A stretch of 64,000 nt of DNA from Candidatus Poseidoniales archaeon (GTDB taxonomy: Archaea > Thermoplasmatota > Poseidoniia > Poseidoniales > Poseidoniaceae), in the NCBI GenBank assembly GCA_003602475.1, contig QQSC01000043.1, positions 20,984 to 84,983 of the forward strand, in the 5' to 3' direction. The notes under the pieces are model-generated. The model was given only the letters and a program-made list of their open reading frames with translations. It ran no database searches and was not told the origin of the DNA. Position numbers and translations under genes: made by a program. Below are positions 36,660-45,210 of this stretch, one piece after another. The first letter of the stretch is position 1. Every line of letters starts with the position of its first letter.

Positions 36660-37612
36660 AGCGCCGAGGAGCCGGTTTGGCGTTCGATTTTCAATCGTGG
36701 TTCCTCCACGACACCGAACTCGCGGCGTATTTCTTTCACGCGCTGATGAACCTCACGAGCAAGGGTCCAATATTCCAACGACCCTGCACCTGCTCCAGAA
36801 TTGGTGGGTTTGTTCAAGATCACCGTTGGCGCTCCACTCCAAGGAGCCTCTGCGACCTTTGCCAGTCGGCGCACCGTCGTGCTGAACACTTTGTTGGGCA
36901 TTTTCTTGTTGACCTGGTCGCAAACATACGTGCTGAGTTTGGACCGGCCGTCCACCATGGTCATCACAATTCCAAAAATTTTCAGATTCCTGTTGATTCG
37001 ACGTTGAATCATTTTGATTGAATTCATCAGCATGCTGAACCCTTCAAGGGCGTAGTATTCGGCTTGTACCGGCACCATAACCCAGTTGGCAGCGCACATG
37101 GCATTGATGGACAACAGACCCAGCGAGGGAGGGGTATCGATGATGATGTAATCGAACTGGTCCACAACAGGAAGGAGGGCTTCCTGCAGACGGGTTTCAC
37201 GGCCGATTTTGTGACTGAGCTCAATTTCAGCGCCTGAGAGATGGATGTCGCTGGGAAGAACGTACAAATGGCCAGCGTTGATGGTGTCTGGAATTTTTTT
37301 CCCGCTGTTGCGGTTGCTCCATGCATCTCGCATCGAACGTGTCAATTCCTCCGGATGAATCAGATAATCCGCCATCAAATCAAGTTCTTCTCCAGAATCG
37401 TTGATGAGCAGGTCATAAACGGTTTTTTTGATCTTCTTTTTCTCTAAGCCAAAGGAGGTGGCGCAATTCCCTTGGGGATCAAGATCGACAAGCAGAACCT
37501 TTGCTGGCGGGAGTTTTTGTTTGGGCGAACCTTTAGCAAGCGCTGCTGCGAGATTCACAGCTGTCGTGGTTTTTGCGCAGCCACCCTTCTGGTTGGCTAC
37601 GGCAATCACCAT
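36656..37612 (-). CDS. ParA/Soj/SegA-like deviant Walker-A ATPase
   Basis: MVIAVANQKGGCAKTTTAVNLAAALA (KGGxxKT), LLVDLDPQGN and DYIIIDTPPSLG. A ~50-aa C-terminal extension is present. ATG 37612 is preferred over TTG 37627. Confidence 0.85.
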   Translation of the reverse strand: MVIAVANQKGGCAKTTTAVNLAAALAKGSPKQKLPPAKVLLVDLDPQGNCATSFGLEKKKIKKTVYDLLINDSGEELDLMADYLIHPEELTRSMRDAWSNRNSGKKIPDTINAGHLYVLPSDIHLSGAEIELSHKIGRETRLQEALLPVVDQFDYIIIDTPPSLGLLSINAMCAANWVMVPVQAEYYALEGFSMLMNSIKMIQRRINRNLKIFGIVMTMVDGRSKLSTYVCDQVNKKMPNKVFSTTVRRLAKVAEAPWSGAPTVILNKPTNSGAGAGSLEYWTLAREVHQRVKEIRREFGVVEEPRLKIERQTGSSAL

Positions 37613-37695
37613 CTTGTAAGGGTTCAATCAATCGCCTCCGGCAGGAAGAGAAGGAGAGCCCCCCTCTTTGAATGCAACCTCCAAAGGCCCAAGCG

Positions 37696-38688
37696 TCAAG
37701 CGGGTTGAATGACGGGAACGGGAACTTCGGAGAGGATCTTTCGCACGATGTGCATGCCGGTGATGCCTCGAATCTTGGCCTCCGGCTTCATGTTGATTCG
37801 GTGAGATATGATCTGAAGGGCGATCCCCTTGATGTCATCCGGTATGACGTAATTGCGGCCCGCCACAGCAGCAGCGGCTCGTCCTGTTTTGAACAACGCC
37901 TGACTGGCACGTGGAGATGCACCGTTGATGACTCGGTGATCTTCTCGGGTACGCTGCACGATCTCGATGATGTAGGACAAGATGGCCGGATCAACGTGCA
38001 CGGTTTCAAGCGCCTTTTGCATGGCTACAACCTTCTTTGGAGATGTTACTTGGTCAACCACGTGTTCGTCTTGCCCTCGCAATTTACGACGAGCGAGGAT
38101 AGCCTTCTCTTCTGCACGGTCTGGATAACCCATGCTCATTTTCATCAAAAAACGGTCCATTTGAGCTTCTGGAAGGGGGTAGGTTCCTTCCTGTTCGATG
38201 GGGTTTTGCGTGGCCAACACCACGAACGGAGCAGGTAATTTGTGCGTGATGCCTTCAATGGTGACCTGCTTTTCTTCCATGGCCTCCAACAGCGCAGCTT
38301 GGGTCTTGGGTGGAGCACGGTTGATCTCGTCGGCGAGGAGCATGTTGGTGAACAACGGACCAGCTCGGAGTTTGAATTCTCCAGATTTCTGGTCGTACAT
38401 GTATGTCCCCATGATGTCGGAAGGAAGCAAATCCGGGGTGAATTGGACGCGCTTGAACTTGCACCCAAGCGCTCTGGCGAAGGTGTTGGCAAGAAGGGTT
38501 TTGGCAAGGCCAGGGAAATCCTCAAGCAACATGTTTCCATTGGACAAAATACCGACGGTCACACGTCGGAGGTTCTCGTTTTTCCCAATGATGACCTTGC
38601 TGACTTCATTCATCAAACTGTTCGAGATGGACGATACCGTAGCAATGAGGTCTTGAGTTCGTGCGCCGCCAGCCATGCTTGCTTCCAT
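37696..38688 (-). CDS. MoxR-family AAA+ ATPase
   Basis: LLEDFPGLAKTLLANTFA (Walker A variant), LLADEINRAPPKTQAALLEAMEE (Walker B/sensor), VLATQNPIEQEGTYPLPEAQMDRF. GGAGG lies 8 nt upstream of the ATG. Confidence 0.88.
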   Translation of the reverse strand: MEASMAGGARTQDLIATVSSISNSLMNEVSKVIIGKNENLRRVTVGILSNGNMLLEDFPGLAKTLLANTFARALGCKFKRVQFTPDLLPSDIMGTYMYDQKSGEFKLRAGPLFTNMLLADEINRAPPKTQAALLEAMEEKQVTIEGITHKLPAPFVVLATQNPIEQEGTYPLPEAQMDRFLMKMSMGYPDRAEEKAILARRKLRGQDEHVVDQVTSPKKVVAMQKALETVHVDPAILSYIIEIVQRTREDHRVINGASPRASQALFKTGRAAAAVAGRNYVIPDDIKGIALQIISHRINMKPEAKIRGITGMHIVRKILSEVPVPVIQPA

Positions 38689-38830
38689 GTGAATGCCTCC
38701 TAGAACAACCCTAGACCTGCTCCTTTCTTATTTGAATGTGTGCGCTTTAATGTTCAAAAATGCTCAACTCACTCCAGCGACATAAAAGGGCAACTGCAAG
38801 CCGAGCGATACCTCAAGTTTGCTTGTTCAA

Positions 38831-40765
38831 TCAGCGGCCCCAGAAATGATTGTCCTTTCGGTGGAGAGCGACGATCTCATCGAGAATCTCTTCCTCGACT
38901 GAAGAAAGGTCTGACTTTCTCAATCTCTTCACGTGACCTTCAGGAACATCGACGTAAAATTCGTCCAACTCCTCAATATGGCGTCCAACCGTAGGGCCTT
39001 GAACAGCCACGGCAATTTCCTCACCCTGCATGGCTTCCATGACATCCTCTGATGCTCGAGTTCGCAAGCTCTTGATTTGGCCCACGGAGGTACCGTCCAG
39101 TTTCATCAACCGTTGACCGACATGAACTCGACCTCCAAGCACACGCATGCCCACGATGGCTGGGCCTTTGGCTCGGAAGGTGTGATCTTTGAGGTACAAG
39201 ACACGGCCGGGATAGACCAACGTTTCCCTTGAGGCTTCTTCCAAGGCCTTGGTTCGCTCCTCAACCCACGCCTCAAAGGCGTCCATTATGTGGTAGATGA
39301 TCGGGCCAGCGATGAATTTCACATCGCTATCATCCGATTCAAGCGATTTAGCCACGTCGCTGGTGTTGGCCTTGGTGGAAAATCCAAGGATGACCTTTTG
39401 CAACGGATCGGAGGCGGATTGTGCCATGAGAATGTCCTTTTTGTTGACCGGACCAACGGTGGCCTGACGAACCGGTACGGAGCGCTGATGCAATTCAAAC
39501 GCCAAGGCTTCCAAGCCACCCACCGTGTCGGCCTTGATGACCACCCCGCTTCGCTCCTCTTCTGCTCCCCGGCACGCCTTTTGCTGACGATGGGTGGAGA
39601 ATTCACGGCGAGCCATGATTTCGCTGCATGTTGAGCACATCACCGGCATGGTTTCGAACACCTCACGCCATTCTTCACGGAGGGCGGATTCTGCAGCTGC
39701 CTGTTCATCCTTGGTGTTGGCAAGATGCAAGGTGGTTCCTGCGATGGTGGCCTCGAGGTTGGGGGCGACGATCTTCACTCCACATGCGGCCTCGATGGTG
39801 TCAAAATTGACCCACCGTTTTCCTGCATCGCGCATTTCCGACATGCCTTGGGGTCGCTTAAGCCCCTTGATGTGCGTCTTGAATGGACCGTCTTGACCGG
39901 CCAACATGATCGAATCTCCCACCTTGAGGGTGCCTCGGTAGAGAATCACGTCAATGGTTTTGCCCATCCCGATTTCGTCCCTCATCTCCAACACCGTTCC
40001 TTGGGCTGCACCGAGCGTATCGGTCAACCGGTCTTCGAGGAATCGCTCGGCCAAGCCCACCGTGACCGCCAACAGGTCTTGCAGCCCCTCACCGTCTTTG
40101 GCCGACATGGGGACAAGAGCGACACTTTGGCGGAAATCTTTGATTTGGTCGTACCGCTCCAGATTGAACCCATGTTCGGAAAATTGACCCATCAGTTTCC
40201 AGTACCTGTCTTCGAACAACGATCGAACATCTTCTCGTTGTTTGTGGAAGGATTCCATGAACGAGCGACCGCGTTCTGATCTCCAACCGTGCAAGCGGTC
40301 AACTTTGTTGCCAGCGATGACAAACGGCGTGCGGGTCTCTTTGAGGACTTGAATGGATTCAATCGTCTGCGGTTGTAAACCTTCCATGATGTCCACGACC
40401 AGCACGGCGATATCGGATACTGAGCCTCCTCGGTTGCGCAGTGAAGCGAACGAGTGGTGACCTGGTGTGTCGATGAACAACAAGCCGGGTGATTTGAATT
40501 CCTTTCCACCCAGCATGGCCGAACATGTTTCGTTCAACACATCGGCAGGGACTTCTGTGGCCCCAATGTGTTGGGTGATTCCACCGGCCTCTCGGTCCAT
40601 GACGCTGGCTTGGCGCTCAGAGCCGATGGACCGGACCATGTCGAGAACACTGGTTTTGCCGTGGTCAACGTGTCCGAGAACGGACACGATGGGTTGACGG
40701 TTGTGACCTCGAGGTGCTTCATCCTCAACCGATAAATCATCGGTAGGGGGAACGTCGTCGCTCAT
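38831..40765 (-). CDS. infB: Translation initiation factor aIF5B (IF-2 family GTPase)
   Basis: G1 is [10 protein letters not shown]3 is DTPGH and G4 is NKVD. The domain III start is [14 protein letters not shown]. It sits in the conserved archaeal position downstream of ndk. Confidence 0.92.
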   Translation of the reverse strand: MSDDVPPTDDLSVEDEAPRGHNRQPIVSVLGHVDHGKTSVLDMVRSIGSERQASVMDREAGGITQHIGATEVPADVLNETCSAMLGGKEFKSPGLLFIDTPGHHSFASLRNRGGSVSDIAVLVVDIMEGLQPQTIESIQVLKETRTPFVIAGNKVDRLHGWRSERGRSFMESFHKQREDVRSLFEDRYWKLMGQFSEHGFNLERYDQIKDFRQSVALVPMSAKDGEGLQDLLAVTVGLAERFLEDRLTDTLGAAQGTVLEMRDEIGMGKTIDVILYRGTLKVGDSIMLAGQDGPFKTHIKGLKRPQGMSEMRDAGKRWVNFDTIEAACGVKIVAPNLEATIAGTTLHLANTKDEQAAAESALREEWREVFETMPVMCSTCSEIMARREFSTHRQQKACRGAEEERSGVVIKADTVGGLEALAFELHQRSVPVRQATVGPVNKKDILMAQSASDPLQKVILGFSTKANTSDVAKSLESDDSDVKFIAGPIIYHIMDAFEAWVEERTKALEEASRETLVYPGRVLYLKDHTFRAKGPAIVGMRVLGGRVHVGQRLMKLDGTSVGQIKSLRTRASEDVMEAMQGEEIAVAVQGPTVGRHIEELDEFYVDVPEGHVKRLRKSDLSSVEEEILDEIVALHRKDNHFWGR

Positions 40766-40786
40766 TGTTTCACCCGCAGTTGGGTG

Positions 40787-41233
40787 TCACTCGTAGACCC
40801 ATTGCGTCATGGTCTTTTCCCAGTCCATGGTGCCCTCTGGGAACCAAAGACCAAGTTCGAATTCGGCACTTTCGGGTGCGTCCGAGCCGTGAATCATGTT
40901 GAAGCCCATGTCCATGCCGAGGTCCCCACGGATGGTTCCAGGCTCGGCTTGGCGGCCGTTGGTGGCGCCGATGAGTTTTCGAGCCACGGCGATGGCTTCG
41001 ACACCTTGCCAAGCCATGCAAACCACGGGTCCTGAGGTCACGAATTTAATCAGACCGGGGAAGAAAGGGCGCTCCTTGTGCACGTCGTAATGAGCCCGTG
41101 CCGTTTCTTCAGAAGGCACCATGGATTTGAGACCCACTAGCTTGAGCCCTTTTCGCTCAAAGCGGCCAAGTATTTCACCGATCAAATTTCGTTGAACGCC
41201 GTCAGGCTTTATCATCACGTATGTGGTTTCCAT
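40787..41233 (-). CDS. ndk: Nucleoside diphosphate kinase
   Basis: [23 protein letters not shown], and NMIHGSD with the active-site His. ATG at 41233. Confidence 0.93.
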   Translation of the reverse strand: METTYVMIKPDGVQRNLIGEILGRFERKGLKLVGLKSMVPSEETARAHYDVHKERPFFPGLIKFVTSGPVVCMAWQGVEAIAVARKLIGATNGRQAEPGTIRGDLGMDMGFNMIHGSDAPESAEFELGLWFPEGTMDWEKTMTQWVYE

Positions 41234-41301
41234 GTTGTTCACCAAACCATCCCACCTGCGCCCTGTTTATGGGCGTTGCTGTGGGTGCGTATTACCAAAC
41301 T

Positions 41302-41493
41302 TCACTGGATGCCGCCCTTCACGTAGTGTCGGGTCCACTTTACTTTGCGAGCGTTTCGCTTGAGTTGGAGGTGGTTCTTTCGAGTTTTGCTGCTCTTGAA
41401 CCAAAGCACGCTGCCGTCCTTGCGGATGAACATCATACCGGTACCGGGCTCGATCTCTTCACCAGAGAAGCTGCAGATTCGTCGTTCAGGCAT
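41302..41493 (-). CDS. rpl24e: Ribosomal protein L24e
   Basis: A 63-aa product with CSFSGEEIEPGTGMMFIRKDGSVLWFKSSK, matching the L24e zinc-ribbon-derived fold pattern. Confidence 0.9.
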   Translation of the reverse strand: MPERRICSFSGEEIEPGTGMMFIRKDGSVLWFKSSKTRKNHLQLKRNARKVKWTRHYVKGGIQ

Positions 41494-41499
41494 TGATCA

Positions 41500-41724
41500 T
41501 CACCGTGCGTTGAGTTTTCGGGCTTCTCGACCCGTGTCCTTCAGCATGAGAATGTCGCCAACACGAACAGGTCCGACGACGTTTCGGCTGATAATACGGC
41601 CAACGTCACGGGGGTTCGGGGCGTCGTTCACACGAACTTTGACTTGGGTGGCTTCACCGGTCATACCGGTTCGTCCGACAATTTCGACCACTTCTGCTGG
41701 CCATCCACCGAGTTCTTCACTCAT
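41500..41724 (-). CDS. rps28e: Ribosomal protein S28e
   Basis: [24 protein letters not shown]...[33 protein letters not shown] 41724 gives a typical ~74-aa product. Confidence 0.9.
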   Translation of the reverse strand: MSEELGGWPAEVVEIVGRTGMTGEATQVKVRVNDAPNPRDVGRIISRNVVGPVRVGDILMLKDTGREARKLNAR

Positions 41725-41744
41725 GTTCTTCAACTCCAATGGGT

Positions 41745-42116
41745 TCAAGCCTTGAGGTTCTTGATTTCCTCAACAACTTCGTGAAACTTTTCCTGGGCGC
41801 CTTTGGTGATTTCCATGATGGCCACGGATGCAGCGGAGGTGTCCTTGGGCATGCCGATCCCTTTGGCCAAGAATTCTTGACTGGGAACGTAGCCGTAGGG
41901 GATGTTCTTCTCTTCGCAAATCAAAGGAATGTGAGCGAGCAACTCTGGAGGGTTGACGTCTTCGGCCATGATGATGAATTGGGCCGTTCCGCGCTCTGCG
42001 GCCTTGGTTACTTCGTTGCTTCCTTTCTTGACACGACCGGCCTTGTTCAGGTCGATCATCTCGTAAATCTTGTTGGAAATGTCTTCTGGGGTTTGAAATC
42101 GCACGTGTACACTCAT
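41745..42116 (-). CDS. rpl7ae: Ribosomal protein L7Ae (K-turn binding)
   Basis: [52 protein letters not shown] 42116 is preceded by AAGGAGAG at about 8 nt. The longer listed ORF start (42176) lies upstream of the TATA-like element. Confidence 0.9.
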   Translation of the reverse strand: MSVHVRFQTPEDISNKIYEMIDLNKAGRVKKGSNEVTKAAERGTAQFIIMAEDVNPPELLAHIPLICEEKNIPYGYVPSQEFLAKGIGMPKDTSAASVAIMEITKGAQEKFHEVVEEIKNLKA

Positions 42117-42166
42117 TGGAATCTCTCCTTCCTCATATAGGGGCATGCCTCCGCACGACCTCGCGG

Positions 42167-42173
42167 ATATAAA
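42167..42173 (-). promoter_or_regulatory. TATA-box-like element (TTTATAT) upstream of the L7Ae operon
   Basis: The minus strand reads cgttgtgTTTATATccgcgagg, about 50 nt upstream of ATG 42116. It is compatible with an archaeal TATA/BRE promoter and a short 5' UTR. Sequence resemblance only. Confidence 0.3.
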
Positions 42174-42246
42174 CACAACGGCAACAACTGAGAAGGGCTG
42201 TGATGAATGATTTGAAGGGAATGAGTGAGCAGTCCACCGTTTTCAT

Positions 42247-43191
42247 TCATTCGAGGTCCAATTCTGCCATCACCTGACGCACACCTCGAGCCAGCGCCGG
42301 ACCGCCTGAAATGACGTCACGTGCGTTGGCCAATGAACCCGTGGCGTGAACACCGTCAACATAGCGAAGGAGGCGGGCGATTGCCCCTCCGGTAAACAAC
42401 CCGTGTGAACACGCAGCATGAACTTCGGTGGCTCCTTGGAAACGAAGAGCCTCTGCAGCCCGACAAATGGTTCCGCCCGTTGCGATCATGTCGTCAACGA
42501 TGGCGACACGCTTTCCATCCACGTCCAAATCTTTTGCCTTGTGAACGATGGTGTGTGCGTCAATCCTCGTCTTTTCAAGGTAAGAAAACTCACACCCGAT
42601 GAGTTGGGCCACTTCCGATGCCCTGTCAATCGCACCTTTGTCTGGAGAGAGGATGAAATCTGGACCGACGTTTTCCTGCAGATGCGCAGCCAGTTCCGGC
42701 ATGGATGAGGTGAATGCCGTGGGGACCTTCAGCCCTTCCAGAACACTTGAGGCATGGATGTCAAGAAACACCATACCGTCGCACAACCCAGCCAACATGT
42801 CCGCAATAGCTCGAGCGGAGATGGCTTCACCTGGCTTGAACCGCTTGTCTTGTCGGGAGTATCCAAAATACGGAATCGCCAAGATCACACCTTTTCCGAG
42901 TTGAGGGAGGGTTTGGGGACCGATGTTTCGAAAATTTTGAAGATCACCGTTGCGAAGGTCACGAATTGAGGAAAGCATCAGCATGGTTTCGACAATACCA
43001 GAATCTGGAAACGTGTTCGAAACAAGAACCACGGGTTCCTTTCGCACACCCTCGGTCACCTCGGAAGGAATACGGATGTAGCCTTCTGTGTCTGGGAAGC
43101 GACGCGTTTCAAGACGGTGATGTTCCCACCCAAGAGCGTCGGCCAACTGTTGGGCGAGGGCGGTTGAATTGCTACCTGACACGACAACCAT
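42247..43191 (-). CDS. prs: Ribose-phosphate pyrophosphokinase (PRPP synthase)
   Basis: The PRPP-binding loop is VAIVDDMIATGGT. Also SPDKGAIDRA and GYSRQDKRF. Confidence 0.9.
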   Translation of the reverse strand: MVVVSGSNSTALAQQLADALGWEHHRLETRRFPDTEGYIRIPSEVTEGVRKEPVVLVSNTFPDSGIVETMLMLSSIRDLRNGDLQNFRNIGPQTLPQLGKGVILAIPYFGYSRQDKRFKPGEAISARAIADMLAGLCDGMVFLDIHASSVLEGLKVPTAFTSSMPELAAHLQENVGPDFILSPDKGAIDRASEVAQLIGCEFSYLEKTRIDAHTIVHKAKDLDVDGKRVAIVDDMIATGGTICRAAEALRFQGATEVHAACSHGLFTGGAIARLLRYVDGVHATGSLANARDVISGGPALARGVRQVMAELDLE

Positions 43192-43250
43192 GATGAAGCC
43201 TCATCCATCCCAACGGTCGGACATACATCTTCTTTGTGAAGAGAAGAGGA

Positions 43251-43327
43251 TGGTGCGCGAGGCAGGACTTGAACCTGCGACCTCCCGGTTATCAGCCGGG
43301 TGCTCTAACCGACTAAGCCACCCGCGC
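43251..43327 (-). tRNA. tRNA-Ile (anticodon GAU), CCA encoded
   Basis: The reverse complement is GCGCGGGTGGCTTAGTCGGTTAGAGCACCCGGCTGATAACCGGGAGGTCGCAGGTTCAAGTCCTGCCTCGCGCACCA. It has a 7-bp acceptor stem (one G-U), anticodon stem CCCGG/CCGGG with loop CUGAUAA, and T-arm GCAGG-TTCAAGT-CCTGC. Confidence 0.92.
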
Positions 43328-43353
43328 AAGGGTAAACCGGCCGACTTGAACTC

Positions 43354-43371
43354 CCGTCATAAGCATGACGG
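43354..43371 (-). other. Perfect 7-bp inverted repeat with 4-nt loop between the PRC-barrel-like gene and the tRNA
   Basis: CCGTCAT-AAGC-ATGACGG lies ~30 nt downstream of the stop at 43401 and ~27 nt upstream of the tRNA 5' end. It could be a terminator or processing hairpin. Function is not established. Confidence 0.25.
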
Positions 43372-43400
43372 CTGAATTAGCCGCTGACCAAGGGTGCGAT

Positions 43401-43985
43401 TCACTCTTCTTCGCCGTTGTTGAGGCTGATGTAGGAAGGCAATTGCATGACCTTCACAAAGGTCCTCGACATCACCACTTCATCAAGACGTTCACGGGTG
43501 CGAACCAAGGCCCCAATGGGAACTCGGATCTCCTCGTCAACACCGTATTGCATTTGGACTCGGGCTCTGGTTCGGACCACGACACCTTTGTACGTGCGTT
43601 TTACACGGTAAAGGCCCACGATGACACCAATTTCATCGCCTTGGTTGTCCAAGACCGCACGGTCGAGCATTTCGTCGGGTGCGTACAGTTTTTCATCGAT
43701 TCGGACGGTGTTTCTCCACCGGCGTTGCAACTCTCGCATGGACTTGGACAGCTTGACCGTTCCATCGCCACGGATGCTGTGCACCAGTTCTTTTGACAGC
43801 GGTGCGTATTCAGTTGGTTTTCGCATGAATTCATCAGCCACACCAGGTTCCACCTGGAGGCGCACGGATTGAACCCGTGCATCGTTTGGGTGGTGACGTT
43901 CGCCAACGATCGTCCCCACTTTGATGTCATTCACGTATACGTCTCGTTGGAGCAACTCTCCAATGTCATAATCGGTGTTTCTCAT
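43401..43985 (-). CDS. Hypothetical protein, possibly tandem PRC-barrel-like domains
   Basis: Two segments look like the PRC-barrel signature (V....G..iG.i): DVYVNDIKVGTIVGERHH and RAVLDNQGDEIGVIVGLYRV. Weak, by eye only. Confidence 0.4.
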   Translation of the reverse strand: MRNTDYDIGELLQRDVYVNDIKVGTIVGERHHPNDARVQSVRLQVEPGVADEFMRKPTEYAPLSKELVHSIRGDGTVKLSKSMRELQRRWRNTVRIDEKLYAPDEMLDRAVLDNQGDEIGVIVGLYRVKRTYKGVVVRTRARVQMQYGVDEEIRVPIGALVRTRERLDEVVMSRTFVKVMQLPSYISLNNGEEE

Positions 43986-44397
43986 TTCCCATCTCTCCTG
44001 CCGTTGTTGTTCGGCTTAACTTGTCCTAGAACAAAGCACCTCTTATAGTATTCCACGAATTAAATATCATTTTCAATTGCATTTGTCGCATAACACGCGT
44101 TATTTTCAATTGGGTAGGCAGATTTAATTCAATTTCATACCGTGTCGCATAATGCTAATTTCAACTGTATTCCCTCCCAACATAAAAATGAATTGTAGTC
44201 GTATTTCATATTGAGAACAATGATATTTCCAACACCAACTCTGAACGAAATCACAACCCGACATCATACTGCAATTCTATTGATATTCAATTGAAAAATC
44301 AAATCCAATCCTGCACCTAGCAATATAAAGTTCAAACATACGCACCATCAAACCTGCCAACCAAGCCGTTCATCAACCACAAGCCTTTGGTCGCAAC
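43986..44397. promoter_or_regulatory. 412-bp A+T-rich non-coding island with repeated CAATTG-containing words, between divergent genes
   Basis: No credible ORF on either strand. The two central 60-nt lines that I counted by hand are 19/60 G+C each, whereas flanking coding DNA is clearly >50% G+C. ATTTTCAATTG occurs at 44069-44079 and 44102-44112. TGTCGCATAA occurs at 44084-44093 and 44143-44152. The palindrome TTCAATTGAA lies at 44286-44295. Confidence 0.5.
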
Positions 44398-45210
44398 ATG
44401 AATCGAGCGGTTTGGTCGATTGACGATCCTTCACACCCCGTTCTTTGGACGATGATGGAGCGTGGCATTCCATCCGGTCATCGTTTCCTCGTACCACCAC
44501 ATCGGCTCGAAGACATGGAGGCGTCATTGGCTGCGCTTCTTGAGGCGTTTCCCGGTGCCATCAAGGCTCACACCCAACAGGCAATCGAGCACATCACCGT
44601 ACTGACCGACATCAACCACCCCAGATACTGCGAGGATGGGACAATTGGATTGACCATGATTGGGCCCAAGGACACCATGGAAACACCACCTCAAGGTACA
44701 AACGTGGCTGTCTATCACGTGCTCTCTGCTGCCCACGGCACACCATACTCCGGAGTGCTGAAAGGGTGGCAGGCAGCCATAGAAGCCACGCAAGACCCAC
44801 CGACAACCTTGGGAATCGACGGAGCTTATTGGGTTACATTGGCCGATGCAGCCGGTGCATTGTTGCGCTTGGGAAACGAGTTGTACAATCACGATGGAAT
44901 CGTCAACATCTGTGGGCGGCGCTGGTGGTCTGCGGAGGACACGTGGAAGGAATTGTCCATGCTTTCAAGCCGAAACAGTGCGGGATTGTACGGGACATTT
45001 ACACCCGAACATCTCGAAGGTGGGTTGGAAGTTCCGGTAAAGGTGGAGACCCTGTCGACAGCCGGGCACCTTGCACCACGTCGACCGGAATTGGGTCCGT
45101 TGCACACGCTTCTTGAAACAGCCACAGGCGAGGGTTGGAACCCAACAACGCCGCTTCGACTGGGGTTGATGATGGTGCTGGCCGACCTGGCGACTGACCG
45201 TCAGCCTTGA
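44398..45210 (+). CDS. Hypothetical protein (270 aa)
   Basis: ATG start with coding-like composition. No recognisable motif. The 3' end overlaps the convergent dhs gene by 10 nt. Confidence 0.5.
   Translation: MNRAVWSIDDPSHPVLWTMMERGIPSGHRFLVPPHRLEDMEASLAALLEAFPGAIKAHTQQAIEHITVLTDINHPRYCEDGTIGLTMIGPKDTMETPPQGTNVAVYHVLSAAHGTPYSGVLKGWQAAIEATQDPPTTLGIDGAYWVTLADAAGALLRLGNELYNHDGIVNICGRRWWSAEDTWKELSMLSSRNSAGLYGTFTPEHLEGGLEVPVKVETLSTAGHLAPRRPELGPLHTLLETATGEGWNPTTPLRLGLMMVLADLATDRQP

Noticed and set aside
37621-37677. Two candidate centromere or operator sites. One is an imperfect inverted repeat GGTTCAATCAA ... TTGAATGCAACC upstream of the ParA-like gene. The other is an 11-bp-phased CCTAGA direct repeat at 38699-38715 upstream of moxR.
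   Set aside because: Both are short and imperfect. The CCTAGA copy overlaps the Shine-Dalgarno-like GGAGG. They cannot be distinguished from chance without genome-wide motif statistics or binding data.
42200-42275. A C/D-box sRNA-like signal: GUGAUGA at 42200-42206 on the + strand, with a CUGA about 70 nt downstream.
   Set aside because: No D' or C' boxes occur at the required ~12-nt guide spacing. The putative D box lies inside the prs coding region on the opposite strand. No terminal stem is visible.
43192-44397. Possible integrated element at tRNA-Ile, suggested by the tRNA, nearby hypothetical genes and the A+T-rich island.
   Set aside because: The window contains no integrase, transposase or viral genes. 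I found no direct repeat of the tRNA 3' end. The tRNA 3' end faces prs, a housekeeping gene.
45201-45210. Convergent CDS 3'-end overlaps: 45201-45210 (hypothetical gene and dhs) and 36067-36070 (surface protein and the 87-aa ORF).
   Set aside because: Short convergent overlaps are common in compact archaeal genomes. Nothing beyond the overlap itself suggests antisense regulation, for example.
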